From: Dictyostelium discoideum | Taxonomy: Eukaryota | Length of the DNA: 64,000 nucleotides | Reading direction: 5' to 3' | Assembly (NCBI GenBank): GCA_000004695.1 | Contig: CM000151.3 | Span: 7,136,001-7,200,000 of the forward strand | Part shown: one piece after another, positions 27,692 through 39,955 of the stretch | How positions within the stretch are numbered: the first letter of the stretch is position 1 | Layout of the letters: each line of letters starts with the position of its first letter | Notes under the pieces: model-generated | Seen by the model: the letters and a program-made list of their open reading frames with translations, nothing else | Database searches by the model: none | Told to the model about the DNA's origin: nothing | Position numbers and translations under genes: made by a program

Positions 27692-29720
27692 TTAATAAAA
27701 TCTAATAAATTTTGAAACGAAATCACTTGTTAATTTATTAATAAATTCAGTATTTTCAATTGAAATATAAATTGATTCTAATGAAATTGGTAAAGAATTT
27801 GAGAGAGTTGTTTGATCTTGATAAAAACGTTGATTCTTAATTATTAATTTTTTTAATTTATTTGGAAGTAAATTTGGTTCAAATGATATATTTTTATATT
27901 TTGGACCAAATGTTAAAGAGGTAATATTTGGAGGTAAATGACCAATTGGTATTTTCTTTTCAAAAAAACCTAAATATAATGATTGAAGTGAATGGAAATT
28001 TGAAAGATCTGGTAATTCTCCTTTAATACTAGACAATTCTAAATGAGTTATTGATTTTGAAGGTATAGCTGAGAGTGGAAATGGTTTATCATATTCAGAA
28101 CCTAATACTAATGATTTTAAATTTGTATGTAAAAATAAATCATTTGGTAATGTTTGATTAAACTTTGCACCAAACTTTATTGATTCAAGTGTTGATGGTA
28201 TCATTTCTTTATTAAGTTTTCTATTAAACCGATTTCCCAAAATCAATACCTTCAATTGCTTTGGTAATGAATTTTCATTAAATTCTTTATCATAACTTGA
28301 ACCCATTGTAAGTGAAGTGAGATTCTTTGGTAGAATTGTTGTTTCTAATGGTGAATGTAATTCTTGATTAAAATCATTTCCAACTTTATGGAAAAATATT
28401 ATTTGAGAATTGATTTGGTGTTATTACTTGATTGAAGTAATTATCAAATTGAATCGATGTTATTGACCCTCCAATATCTTTTTTAGCATTAAAATCTCTG
28501 GAATTCATTTCTGAATTAAATTCTCTGGAAAGTGTAGTTACTGAATTTGGTATTGCCCCATACTCAATCACACCTCCATAATCATTCTCCAATATTAATG
28601 ATTTTAATGAATTCTTTGAATATAATTGATCAATAATTTTAATATCTTGTGAAAATCCATTACCAAACTCTAAATGTTTAATTGCTTCAGGTACCAAACT
28701 TTCTTTATTAAATGTACCTTCATCATCATCATCATCTTTACAATTAGTTGATATTTTATTATTTACAAATGGTTGGTCAAATTCATCACCAAATTTAATA
28801 CTTGTTACTGATTGAGGAATTATATTTTTATTTAATGCTTGATTAAATGATTCACTAAAAATAATTGTTTTTACTGTATTTGGTATTGAGTTTTCATTTA
28901 ATGTTGCACTGAATTCATATTGAAATTCTAATTCCTCTAAATCTGATGGTAATAATCCAAAACTTAAATTCCCTCTTTCATTATAATCATACTCTATTGA
29001 ATTAATATAACTTGAATATTTATAATTTAATAATGAATCATATGTCATATATAATTTCCTATTTAAATGAATATTATATAATCTAAGATGAAATAATATA
29101 TTATTTTTAATATATTTATTTTTCCAAACTTTTTCAAATAACATTGTATTATTGTTATTATTATTATTATTATTATTTTTGTTATTCTCATTATCATTAT
29201 TATTAATACTAATACTCGAATGTTTATCATCTTCGTGAAAAAGTTTGATCTTTTTATTTATTTTAAAATTATTATTTTTATAAATTTCAGGAAAGTTTTT
29301 ATTATTTTCAATTATTATTTGAAGTGAATGATACTCTAAACTATTATTATTATTTAAAGTATTTATATTTATTATTTCATTGAAATTATTATTTTGGTGA
29401 TGAAATGATTTAAAATGGTTATATAATGAATTATACTGTTTTATATTTAATCCTTTCATCATTTGGTATCTTTTTTCAATAAAATCTCCACTAATATTTT
29501 AAATTTTTAATAAAAATTAATAGGAGAGAGTGGATATATAATAATTATAAAACACATACTCTTGATTGGAAGAGACTATGATCGAGTTTACCCTACTAAA
29601 GTAATTTAATAATTGATCTATGGAGATATAAACTCCATTGATTGATAATATTAATAAACTCTTTAACAATGTTTCCTCTTTGCTAATTAGAGAATCAAAA
29701 ATTGATTTCTCCATTGCCAT
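27692..29720 (-). pseudogene. FNIP-repeat protein gene with an apparent +1 frame disruption near 28386-28420
   Basis: Exon 1 is 29560..29720 (MAMEKSIFDSLISKEETLL...) with a GTATGT donor. A 69-nt intron spans 29491..29559. Exon 2 begins at 29490 in frame with ORF 28386..29462, which holds a run of FNIP units (IPNSVKTIIFSESFNQALNKNIIPQSVTSIKFGDEFDQP). The ORF 27692..28306 frame remains FNIP-like (GNDFNQELHSPLETTILPKNLTSLT) upstream of its M. It is offset by +1 from ORF 28386..29462, and the two frames overlap for about 30 nt with no plausible intron. Confidence 0.6.
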
Positions 29721-29776
29721 AAAGGATTGTGTGGTGAATTTCTATTTTTAAAAAAAAAAAAAAAAAAATGAAAAAA

Positions 29777-29810
<34 letters not shown>

Positions 29811-30177
29811 CAAGATATTTTCGCTCAACCACTTTCCTTTTATTTATTTTGTTATTATATTTCTCTGATTTTTAAGATTCTTAAAAAAATTGATAACAGG
29901 TAAAATAATAAAAATAAAAAATTTAATAATAATAAAAAAAAAAATTAAAAAAAATAATAATTTGTTTTTAGTTAAAAAATAAAACCAATAAAAATAATAA
30001 AAATAATTCTATTGAAAAAATAAAGAAAATTAATACAATTTCAAAATAATAAATAAATTTAATTATTTATGGTGTAATTTAAAAAAAAAAGTGTCATTGC
30101 TTGTTGAAAAATAAAAAAACATTGTTTGAGATTATTTTTGATTTTTTTTTTTATCCTCGAAAAAAAAGATTTTTATC

Positions 30178-30211
<34 letters not shown>

Positions 30212-31275
30212 ATATTAGATATTTATAGTATTGGTTGTTTATGGTTGTGGTTGTGGTTGGGTTATATTTGAAAACTGATATTTTTATGATCGATTGGTGG
30301 AAGTTGTTTATATTTTTTTTATTTGAATTTGGAAAAAATTATTTTGTATTTTTTTTTTTACTTTTTTATTATTATTTAACAATTATAATTTTTTTTTTTT
30401 TTTTTTAATAAAAATTATAATAATTAAACAAAAACAAATTTTTCCTTTTGTTTAAATCAATTTAAATTATTAATTTTTTTTGCTATTGATGGTTTTTTTA
30501 TTTTTTAATTTTCATAACTTTCCGACCACTTTTTGAAAAAAATGAACATGATATTTTTTAGGGCTGCACCAAATTAGCGAAAAAAAAACTCGATTTTCTT
30601 TGTTTTTATGTGGGTTTTTGTTTGTCAATAAAAGGTTACAGAAATGTGGTGGCAGCCTCATATAAATTCGTTGTTGATTTCTGAAAATTATTAAATTGTT
30701 TTTCCTATCTATCTTGATCAAATTGAGATTATTTAGCATTCACATATTTTTTCTTCTTTTTTTTTTTGTGGAAATAAGAAAAACAAAAAAAAAAAAACTA
30801 TAAATTAAAAACTAATTAGTTTTTTTTTTTTTTTTTTTTCTATTGAAATAAATAGGTAAATAGAAAAATTTTTACTCAATATATAAATTTATTTATATGA
30901 AAAAAAGAATGGGTTCATATAAAAGTTCATCAAAATCCTCTTCGTCAGAATCTTCTTCAAAATCATTAATTTTAGGTTTCACTAAATCAATGGAAAAAGG
31001 TATGTATTCAATACAAAAAAATAAAAAAAATAGAAATAAATAAATATTATATTATTAACACATAAAAAAAAAAAAAAAAAAAAAAAAACTTTAAAGGATC
31101 TTTTGGTGTTTTATATGCGATGATTAAAGGCAATACATTCCCAAAAATACTAACAATTTTAAGTATTTTAATAGAATTTTGTCGTAAGCATTATTTAAAA
31201 ATATCTTTTTTTTTTTTTTTTTTGATCTTCTTTTTATTTTTAAATTTCAAACACAAAAAAATGATAATGATTTTT

Positions 31276-31310
<35 letters not shown>

Positions 31311-31611
31311 GTCTTGTTATTTATTTTTACCATTGATAAAAAAAGACTTAATTGTATAATATTTATAATTTTTTATTTAAATTATACAATAATGATAATC
31401 ATTAAATAATTACCATCATCTTTTTTTTTTTTTGTTATATCTTTTTTTTTTTTTTTTTTTCTCACAGTGAATATAATTAATTAATTATTTTTTTACTTTA
31501 TCCATGGTTATTAAATAATAAAATTTTATAAAAAAAAAAGAATTATCATCGTTTGGATTTAAACATCAATATCTGTGGGGTGGTTCAGCAGGTTATTATT
31601 TAAAAAAAATA

Positions 31612-34600
31612 ATGTCACCAATTAATCATCCAAGTTCATTAGTTGGATATACTGGTTTTACAATATTCTATTGGATTGTAATTGGTTTATTATTACTTGG
31701 TTTTTTAAATATTTGGTATGTTGGATATCAATTTTATAGAGGTAAAATCGCAAATATATGGGTAATTAGAACTTTACGTTGGTTTGTAAGTTTGGCAATT
31801 GCCGTTTTATTCATACCAATCACATCATTACTTTTAATTGGTTTAGATTGTGATTACAGTTCAAGCACACTTAGAAGTTATTCAAATGAACAGATCGATT
31901 GTTATAAAGGTCAAAATTTACCAGTGGCATTGGCCTCCATTATATTAATGATTACATTTAGTTTAGTAGGTTTTATATCAAGTGCAACCTATTATGAATT
32001 TGATACAAACATTAAATCTAGATTTACAAAACCACATGCGAGAGTATGTATAAATAAATTATTATTTTTATAATTATTTAAAATTAAATTAAATAAAGAT
32101 TTTAACATTTTAATTAATATATATAGTTTGATGTTCTTGTGTTATTTGGAAAACTTTTATTATCAATTTTAAATTCATTAGTTGATAGTTATGCATGGGT
32201 AACATCGATTGCATATTTCATTATAATTATTGTTTTAGCCGGAGGTTCAATTATTTTACTACCATATAATAATCAAAGATTAAATCAATTAAAAAGTGGG
32301 TTTTATATGACAGTATTTTGGATATCATTTATGACATTGGTTACAGTTGGAGTAAATGATGAAACATCAGGAGTAACATGTTATTTTACAGTGGTCGGTG
32401 TTTTTGCTGCATTTCCAGTCGGTTACTTTTTAAATAGATTTTATTATAAATGGTTATGTAGAAAAACTAAAGGTATTAAAATACCAACTTCAGAATCTGC
32501 TGATTTTGTAAATGAAAAGAAAAAAGATGAAATTGAAACTCAACAACAACAATCACCAACAAATAAAGTAAGATGGGGCAAACAATTACCATCAATTGGT
32601 AGTAAAAGACAAATTGTTTTTCCATTTTTTAAAAATAAATTTGTATTTTCATTCTTTGTTGAAATCATGGCAAGAAAATTATTAAGAGATGGTGGTAGTA
32701 GTGGCTCCAGTGATAAAGAAGATAGTATTTCAAATTATTCAGCCGAGTCAATTGAACGTGCAAATAATCTATATCAATGTGGTCTTCAATACTTTCCAAA
32801 TTCAGATTTATTATGGATGGCATATTGTAATTTCTTATTCACAGTTAGAAAAGATAGACATATTGGTTATGCAGCATTGGAGAAATTAAGAAGAATGAAT
32901 CCATCATTTGATGTTCGTTTCTTTATTTACCAACGTGATAAAGAAAGAGAACAATTAATGGATTCTGATTTACGTGGTCCAGATTCAAATTATGGTAAAA
33001 TTCAAGATTTCGTCAGTTACATGGAATTTAAAAAGCTTTATAATAATGCAAAAAGATATCATGTTAAATGTTTAACTTATATTAAAAGATTTTGGGCACA
33101 TTTATTACATGAAACGGTTGATCTTCATCGTTTATCAGATTTATCAGGTAGAATTGCTAATTATGAAAATATTGCAAATCAAAGTTATGAACGTTTATTA
33201 GCATTAAATCCAAATTCAGTTAGAGTATTACGTGATTATTCACAATTCCTTGAAGAAGTTGTTAAAGATAAAGATTCATCATTAAAATTACAAAAGAAAG
33301 CTGAATCAGTTGAAGAGATTATGAGTAAAAGTCAAACTACAGATTTTGAAACTAATGATATTAAAAACTTGGAAGATTCAGAAACTGAAGTCGATATTGA
33401 AATGAAAAAAATAGGTGGTAGTGGTGGTGGTGTTCGTAATAGTAGTATTCGTGATAGTAATGGTATTCGTTGTAGTGGTAGTGTTCACCATGAAAAAACA
33501 AAATCAGAATCATCAAAATCCAAATCTAGTGATTCAGATGATGATAATTCATCCAGTAGTTCTTCATCAAAGGGTAGAAGAAATAAGTATAGACAGTACC
33601 AACAAAGTAATGCTATCAATAAGTTATCATGGTTAATGATTGTTACAACAGCATGTTGTATTGTATATTTAATTGTAATATTATTTGTATTTAGGGATAT
33701 GGAAACTAGACATATAAGCTCATATTCTAGTATTTTATCAATTTTAGGAGCAGCAAAAGAATCAGCAGATTTAGGTATTAATTTCAATGAAATGCAATCA
33801 ATTGCATTATCAACAGAATTAACAAATTCAGAAATTGAAGATCAAATCAATTCATTAAAAGTAAAGAATAAAAGAAAGATAACTATAATGAAAAACATTC
33901 ATAATGCAGTTTATTGGGGTGAGAAAAATCCAATTTCATTCACTGGTGACAATATGCAAAGTTTAAAAAAGAATCATAGTATTAGTGTTTATGATATTGG
34001 TTCATTAGTTTTCCCATTTGACCAATACAATCGTTCAAGTGATATTATAAATGATGCACGTTTAGAATCAATTTATAATGAACCTTCTGTAGATATGTCA
34101 ATTTATATTCAAAGTACCACAGATACAAGTAGCAACAACACCGATAACTTTGTAGTATTAAAACAAAGTTATAATGCATGGAAAGCTGGTAATTCATTTA
34201 TTGAATCAGCAATAATTGTAAATGATTTTTCAATTGAACAATTTAAAAATTCATCCACCGATTCAGATTTTAATTTCCTTGTATTAAATTCAGGTTCATC
34301 AATTCCAAATATTTATATTTCCATTCAAACTGCATATATTGAGTCATTGGCATCAAATATTAGAAATTCATTAAATATTATGATTTATGTTTGGTTAGGT
34401 ATTTTCGGTTTCCTTGTGTTAATTGGGTTGTCCTTATTCCGTCCAGTAGTTCGTAAAATTACACGTGAAAAGATTCGTACATTAATTATATTTTCATTGG
34501 CACCAAAAGATGTTGTTGTTAAATTATCAACAAAGAAGATTAAAATGGTTAGTTTAGATACTGGAAGTGAACGTGAAAATTTATTCGATTCAAATACTGA

Positions 34601-35855
34601 TGGTGATAATAATGATCTTTTAGATGCTGAGGATAATAATTGTAATAATAGTAAAAAAGAAACCAAACGTAATACTGGTAGTGAAAATCTTACAATAAGT
34701 GTCCAACAAAGTGATCGTCGTCCATTAATTGATTCTACAGGTTTATTATCATCAACAACAACATTAAACTCTTCAATTAATGAAGGTATTGTAAATAATG
34801 TAAATAATAATAGTAATAATAATAATAATAGTGAAGAATGTTCAGTATCAAATAGAAAACCAACACTTTCAAATAGAGGTTATAAAAATAAAAGACACCA
34901 ATATAATATTGATAGTATATCCGAGGTTGATGATGAAAATAATGAAGCACCACAAATTAAATACCAAGATAAGAGAGAAAAGGAAGAAGAGAAAAAGATT
35001 CAATCTTTAATTAATAATAAAAAGTATGGTTGGGATGGAACAAGTAAAAGAAATTTAAATAAGAAATCATTGAAATCAGTTTTGAATAGATTACATTTAT
35101 CATATGCAATTGGAATCTTTATTTTATTTGGAATCATTTCAATGGGTTTATGGGTCAGTTATAGTGTAGTTTATGATAATTCTCAATCTGGTAATACATT
35201 GGGTAAAAGTGCTATTAGATCTTTACAAAGTCGTATTATAAATCATTACGTTTCAGAGTTATTTGACACCGATAACCCAGATATCGAATCATCCCAATCA
35301 ATGATAGATACAATTGATCAATTCCAAATTAATCATCAATCAGTACCTTACTTTGATGAAGTTAGACCATTGATGGAGGGTAGTTTATCAAATGGTGATG
35401 TTAGAGGTTGTTGGATGTTAAGTGTTGACCAGTGTTTAACACCCGCCCAACAACCATATTATAATGATGTTAGTTTAGGTTTAGATAGAGTTGTAGATTT
35501 GTACACTAAAAAAGTATTGAAAATTATTTATACCAAAGAGAATGAAAGATCTAAAAAAAGTGATGAATATCAATGGTTACAAACTGTTTCACCAATAATT
35601 ATGACATTTGGTCTTGATACTGCAACTTTCACCTATTTCCTTTATTACCTTTCAGCCCAAGAATGGTCAACTATGGTTTTAACATCAATTCTAGCAGTTA
35701 GTTGTGTTTTACTCATAATAATTTATCTAATTCTATTCCGTCCATTCTTAAAATTCTTACGTGTACAACATATTCATACATTAGCATTATTACGTTTGGC
35801 TCCTGAAGATATTAGATATATGGAAATTAGTGATAAAATAATTGATGAAGATTAA
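31612..35855 (+). CDS. large polytopic membrane protein (about 1386 aa) with a TPR/HAT-like cytosolic region and Ser/Asn-rich linkers
   Basis: Exon 1 is 31612..32043 with a GTATGT donor at 32044. The intron ends at AG 32125-26. Exon 2 is 32127..35855, in frame with ORF 32139 (whose 'M' is GTG). Multiple hydrophobic segments occur at the N-terminus, the middle (LSWLMIVTTACCIVYLIVILFVF) and the C-terminus. A possible further 5' extension is described in the findings. Confidence 0.75.
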
Positions 35856-35913
35856 TAACCAATATATTATCAATCAAAAATTTTATTAATCTTATTTATT
35901 AAATAATAAAAAA

Positions 35914-35964
<51 letters not shown>

Positions 35965-36693
35965 AACAACTTTAATATTACAAAGATATTTTTCAATTAA
36001 AAATTATCAATAAAAATAAAAGTTATAGGCATTCTAAACATAAATTACCAATAAGCATTTTTTTACTTATATATTAACATAATAAACTTAAACACAGGTG
36101 TCAAACAAAATAAAAAAATAACAAATAAAAAAAAAGTTTGGCATATTGAAGGTTATTAATAAAAATAAAAGATCAATTAAAAATTAAAATAAAATAATAA
36201 CCATCCACTGATTATAATGAGTATCTCAAGGAGAAATGATTTATTTTTTTTTTTTCTTCGACAAATTGAACCCACAGATTTAGGGTAAATAATTTTGAAC
36301 AAATTCATCCAATTCAGAAAAAAAAAAAAAAAAAATGATAAAGAAACAAACAATAAATGGTGGATTCTAAAAAATAAAAATTTATTAATAAACGATTTAT
36401 AGTTATTTGAATAGTATATTATCTTGGTATAATTTTTATTTTATTTGAATTTTTTTTTTTTTTTTTAAACACCTTTTTTCATTTTTAAAAATTTCAAATA
36501 AAAAATGTTTCATATTAAAAATGAAAAAAGAGTGAAAATAAATTTATTTGTTTAATTTATTAACTTATTAATTTTTTTTTTTTAAAAAAAAAAGAAAAAG
36601 AAAAATCTATAAATTTGAAAATATAAATTAATGTTAATTAAAAAGAAACAAAACAAATATAAAAACAATTAAATATCTCAAAAAAGTTTTAAA

Positions 36694-37337
36694 ATGACAA
36701 ACAACAATAATAATTTAAATAAAGAAGGTTGGTAAAATAAAAAAAAAAAATAAAAAGAATAGTAATAAATAAAAAATATAAAATTATTAATAATTCTTTT
36801 TTTTTTTACTTAGTTAATAACTTAGAAAAAGAAGCAGTATCAGCATATGATAACACAAAAGAAGCAACAATCAATGCATATAATGCAACAACAAATGCAA
36901 TGAGTGATGGTATGAAATATGTTAGTGATTCATTATCATCAGCAGCTGAAGTAACAAAAGATGCAACAATCAATATGTATAATGCAACAACTAACGCAGT
37001 GAGTGATGGTTATGAATCTTTAAAATCAAAAACAAATGAATTAATTGACAATACTCAAAATGAAAATAAAAATTTAAAAGATGGTACTTCAAAGAAAATC
37101 GAAGAATTAAAAGATGAATCAAGTGAAGTAAAAGATAATATTAAAGAAAAAGGCGAAGAACTAGTTGAAGATGCTAAAGATGCTGCTCATAATGCTTCAA
37201 ATAAATTAAATAACGCTAAAGATCAAGTTTCTGATAAAATGGATAATGTAAAAGATGATTTATCAAATAAATACGATGAAACAAAAAAAGAAGCCGCTCA
37301 CAAACTTAATCAAGCTTCAAATAAAATTGATCAATAA
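36694..37337 (+). CDS. LEA-like 11-mer-repeat protein, diverged paralog G (145-aa ORF; one internal unit)
   Basis: Exon 1 is 36694..36727 (MTNNNNNLNKE) with a GTTGGT donor. Exon 2 is 36814..37337. A TATA box (ctataaattt) lies upstream. Confidence 0.75.
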
Positions 37338-37596
37338 AAATTTATTTTAAATAAAATCAATAAAAATTAATTTTAAATAAAATAAAAAAATAATAATATA
37401 ATTAAATAATTTGTTTTATTTGTTTGAAATAGAAAATCAAATAAATTTTTATTTTTTTAAAATATGCCTCTAATGAAGAATACTTCCACAGAGGAAATGA
37501 ATAAATGTTTAAATATTTCAAATTTTGATAGAAGATTGATAAAATTCTGCCTCGACTATAATTAATTTTAATTGAAAAAAAAAAAAGTGTTAAGGT

Positions 37597-37636
<40 letters not shown>

Positions 37637-37980
37637 TTTATAATTAAAATAGATATTTTCTTCATTTAAATTTTGTTAATATTCAATAAAACCTTATTTT
37701 GAATTTAATTTAAAAGAAAAATGATTCTATTGAAATTTATTTATTTATTTTTAATTTTTTTTTTTTTTTTAAATTGAAATTATAAAAATAAAAAATTCAA
37801 ATAAAAAAAAAATTCAGATAAAAAAAAAAAAAAAAAAAAAAATTTAATTTGTTTTTTATTTATTTATATATTTATTTGTTTTGGGAAGAAAACTATAAAA
37901 AGAATTTTTTTTTTTTTTTTATCAAATCAAAAATAAATCAAATAAATAGTAATATTACAAAATAATTAATATCATTCAAA

Positions 37981-38667
37981 ATGACAAACAATGACAATAT
38001 AAATAAAGAATGTAAGATTTTGGAAATAATAATATAAAAAAAAAAAAAACCATTAAAAAAAAAAAAAAAATAATTCTAACAATGTTATATAACATTTTTT
38101 TCCATAGCTACAAATTTTAAAAATGATGTAGTTACAGCATATGATAATTCATTAGATGCAATGAGTGATGGTATGAAATATGTTGGTGATTCGTTGTCAT
38201 CAGCAGCCGAAGTAACAAAAGATAAAACAATTGAAATGTATCATAAAACAACTAATGCAATGAGTGATGGTTATGAATCATTAAAATCAAAAGCAAATGA
38301 ATTAATTCACCATTCAAATGATGATGATGAAAGTCAACATGAAGATGGTGCTTCTAAAAAAGTTGAAGAATTAAAAGAGAAATCCAATCAAGTTAAAGAT
38401 GATATTAAAAAGAAGGGTGAAGAATTAAAAGAGAAATCAATAGATGTTAAAAATGAAATAAAGGATAATTTAAAAGAAAAAGGTGAGGAACTAGTTGACG
38501 ATGCTAAAGATGCTGCTCATAAAGCTTCAAATAAGATGAATGGTGTTAAAGATAATTTATCAGAAAAGATGGACGATATTAAATCTGATATGTCTGATAA
38601 ATATAAAGATGTAAAAAAAGAAACTGCTAATAAATTAAATCAAACTGCTAATAAAATTGATCAATAA
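37981..38667 (+). CDS. LEA-like 11-mer-repeat protein, most diverged paralog H (168-aa ORF)
   Basis: Exon 1 is 37981..38011 (MTNNDNINKE) with a GTAAGA donor. Exon 2 is 38108..38667. It retains MSDGMKYVGDSLSSAAEVTKD and the C-terminal ...KLNQTANKIDQ. Confidence 0.75.
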
Positions 38668-38863
38668 TAATTTTTAAGACTTTTTATTAATATTGATTAA
38701 TTTATTTATCATTTAATTATAAAATTTGATTTTATTTATTAAATTTAATAATATTTTTTATATTTGAAAGTTTATTAAAAAACATTAATGATTCATTTGC
38801 TTGGTAATCTATTTAATCACTAATCCTTTTAGTTTATGAACCACCACCATGACTATTATCTGT

Positions 38864-39042
38864 CCCATGCCAAAATTAATATGGCTGCTGAAATTAATAT
38901 GATAATTTTGGCATGGGACTTATGTCTGCTAGAATTACCATATTAATTTCGGCAACCATATTAATTTTGGCATGCACAGACCAACTATTTTAGGCTAAAA
39001 TTAATATGGCTGCCGAAATTAATATGGTAATTTTGGGCACAG
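38864..39042. repeat. cluster of three roughly 48-bp imperfect palindromic units arranged direct-inverted-direct
   Basis: The unit is CCAAAATTAATATGGCTGCYGAAATTAATATGRTAATTTTGG, flanked by GCATGG. It occurs at 38864..38917, inverted at about 38929..38978, and direct at about 38995..39042. Each unit can fold into a hairpin. The cluster is GC-richer than its surroundings. Confidence 0.7.
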
Positions 39043-39555
39043 AAAAATAAAAAAAAAACTCAAAGTCATTTAATTAATAATAATAATCATCTCAAATATA
39101 AAAGAATTAAAAATAATAATAAAAAAAAACTCATGGGATTAATTATAGTAACAATACTGACGACAAGAATAATTATAAAATAAAAAAAAAAAAAAAAAAT
39201 CTTTTTTTATCTTTTTATTTTTATTTCTTATTTATTTTCATGTGTTCTAAAAAAGTGGTGGTTTAAAACAATTTATTTAATTTTAAACTGTATGATTGTT
39301 TAAACAATTTCGAAATAAGTTTCTTTAATTTCTGTATTTCTTTTTTTTATTTTATTTTATTTCATTTCATTCTATTTTTTTTTTTTTTTTTTTTTTTTTT
39401 ATTTTTTTATTTTTTATTTTTTTTTTAATTATTTTAATTAATTTAATTATATAATGATTTAATAATAAAAAATTAATATTTAGAAAAGTGACTGATTGAG
39501 ATACCTGCGTTATTTTGCTTGATTAACAAAAAAAAGAATCCAAAATATGGTCCAC

Positions 39556-39824
39556 AGTAAAAACAATAAATTAAATAATCAACTTTCTGCAACAGAAATT
39601 GAAAAAAATAATAATAATAAATTAAAAAAACTTTTGAAAAAATATGAAGAAGATGTAAATTTTACAAATAGATTATAAATTTCATGTGTCCAATAAATTT
39701 GGTATTATGAAATTGTAAAATTTACATCTTCGTCATATTTTTTCAAAAGTTTTTTTAATTTATTATTATTATTTTTTTCAATTTCTGTTGCAGAAAGTTG
39801 ATTATTTAATTTATTGTTTTTACT
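39556..39824. repeat. near-perfect 112-bp inverted duplication with a 45-bp spacer
   Basis: The left arm (39556..39667) is the reverse complement of the right arm (39713..39824), with one mismatch (gaagaagatg versus the reverse complement of catcttcgtcat). The left arm begins a 43-codon ORF, MVHSKNNKLNNQLSATEIEKNNNNKLKKLLKKYEEDVNFTNRL. Confidence 0.8.
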
Positions 39825-39955
39825 TTTTTTTTTTAAATTATTAACCACAACCAATTCTTAATTAATTTTATATTTTTTTTTATTATTTTTTTTTTTTGAT
39901 AAATTAAATTCAAAAAATATTTATAAAAAAAAAAAAAAAAAAAATTAAAAAAAAA

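Noticed and set aside
28386-28430. A 44-nt GTAATA..AG intron to rescue the FNIP frame
   Set aside because: It is far shorter than Dictyostelium introns (about 60 nt and longer), and the resulting junction is not better supported than a frameshift.
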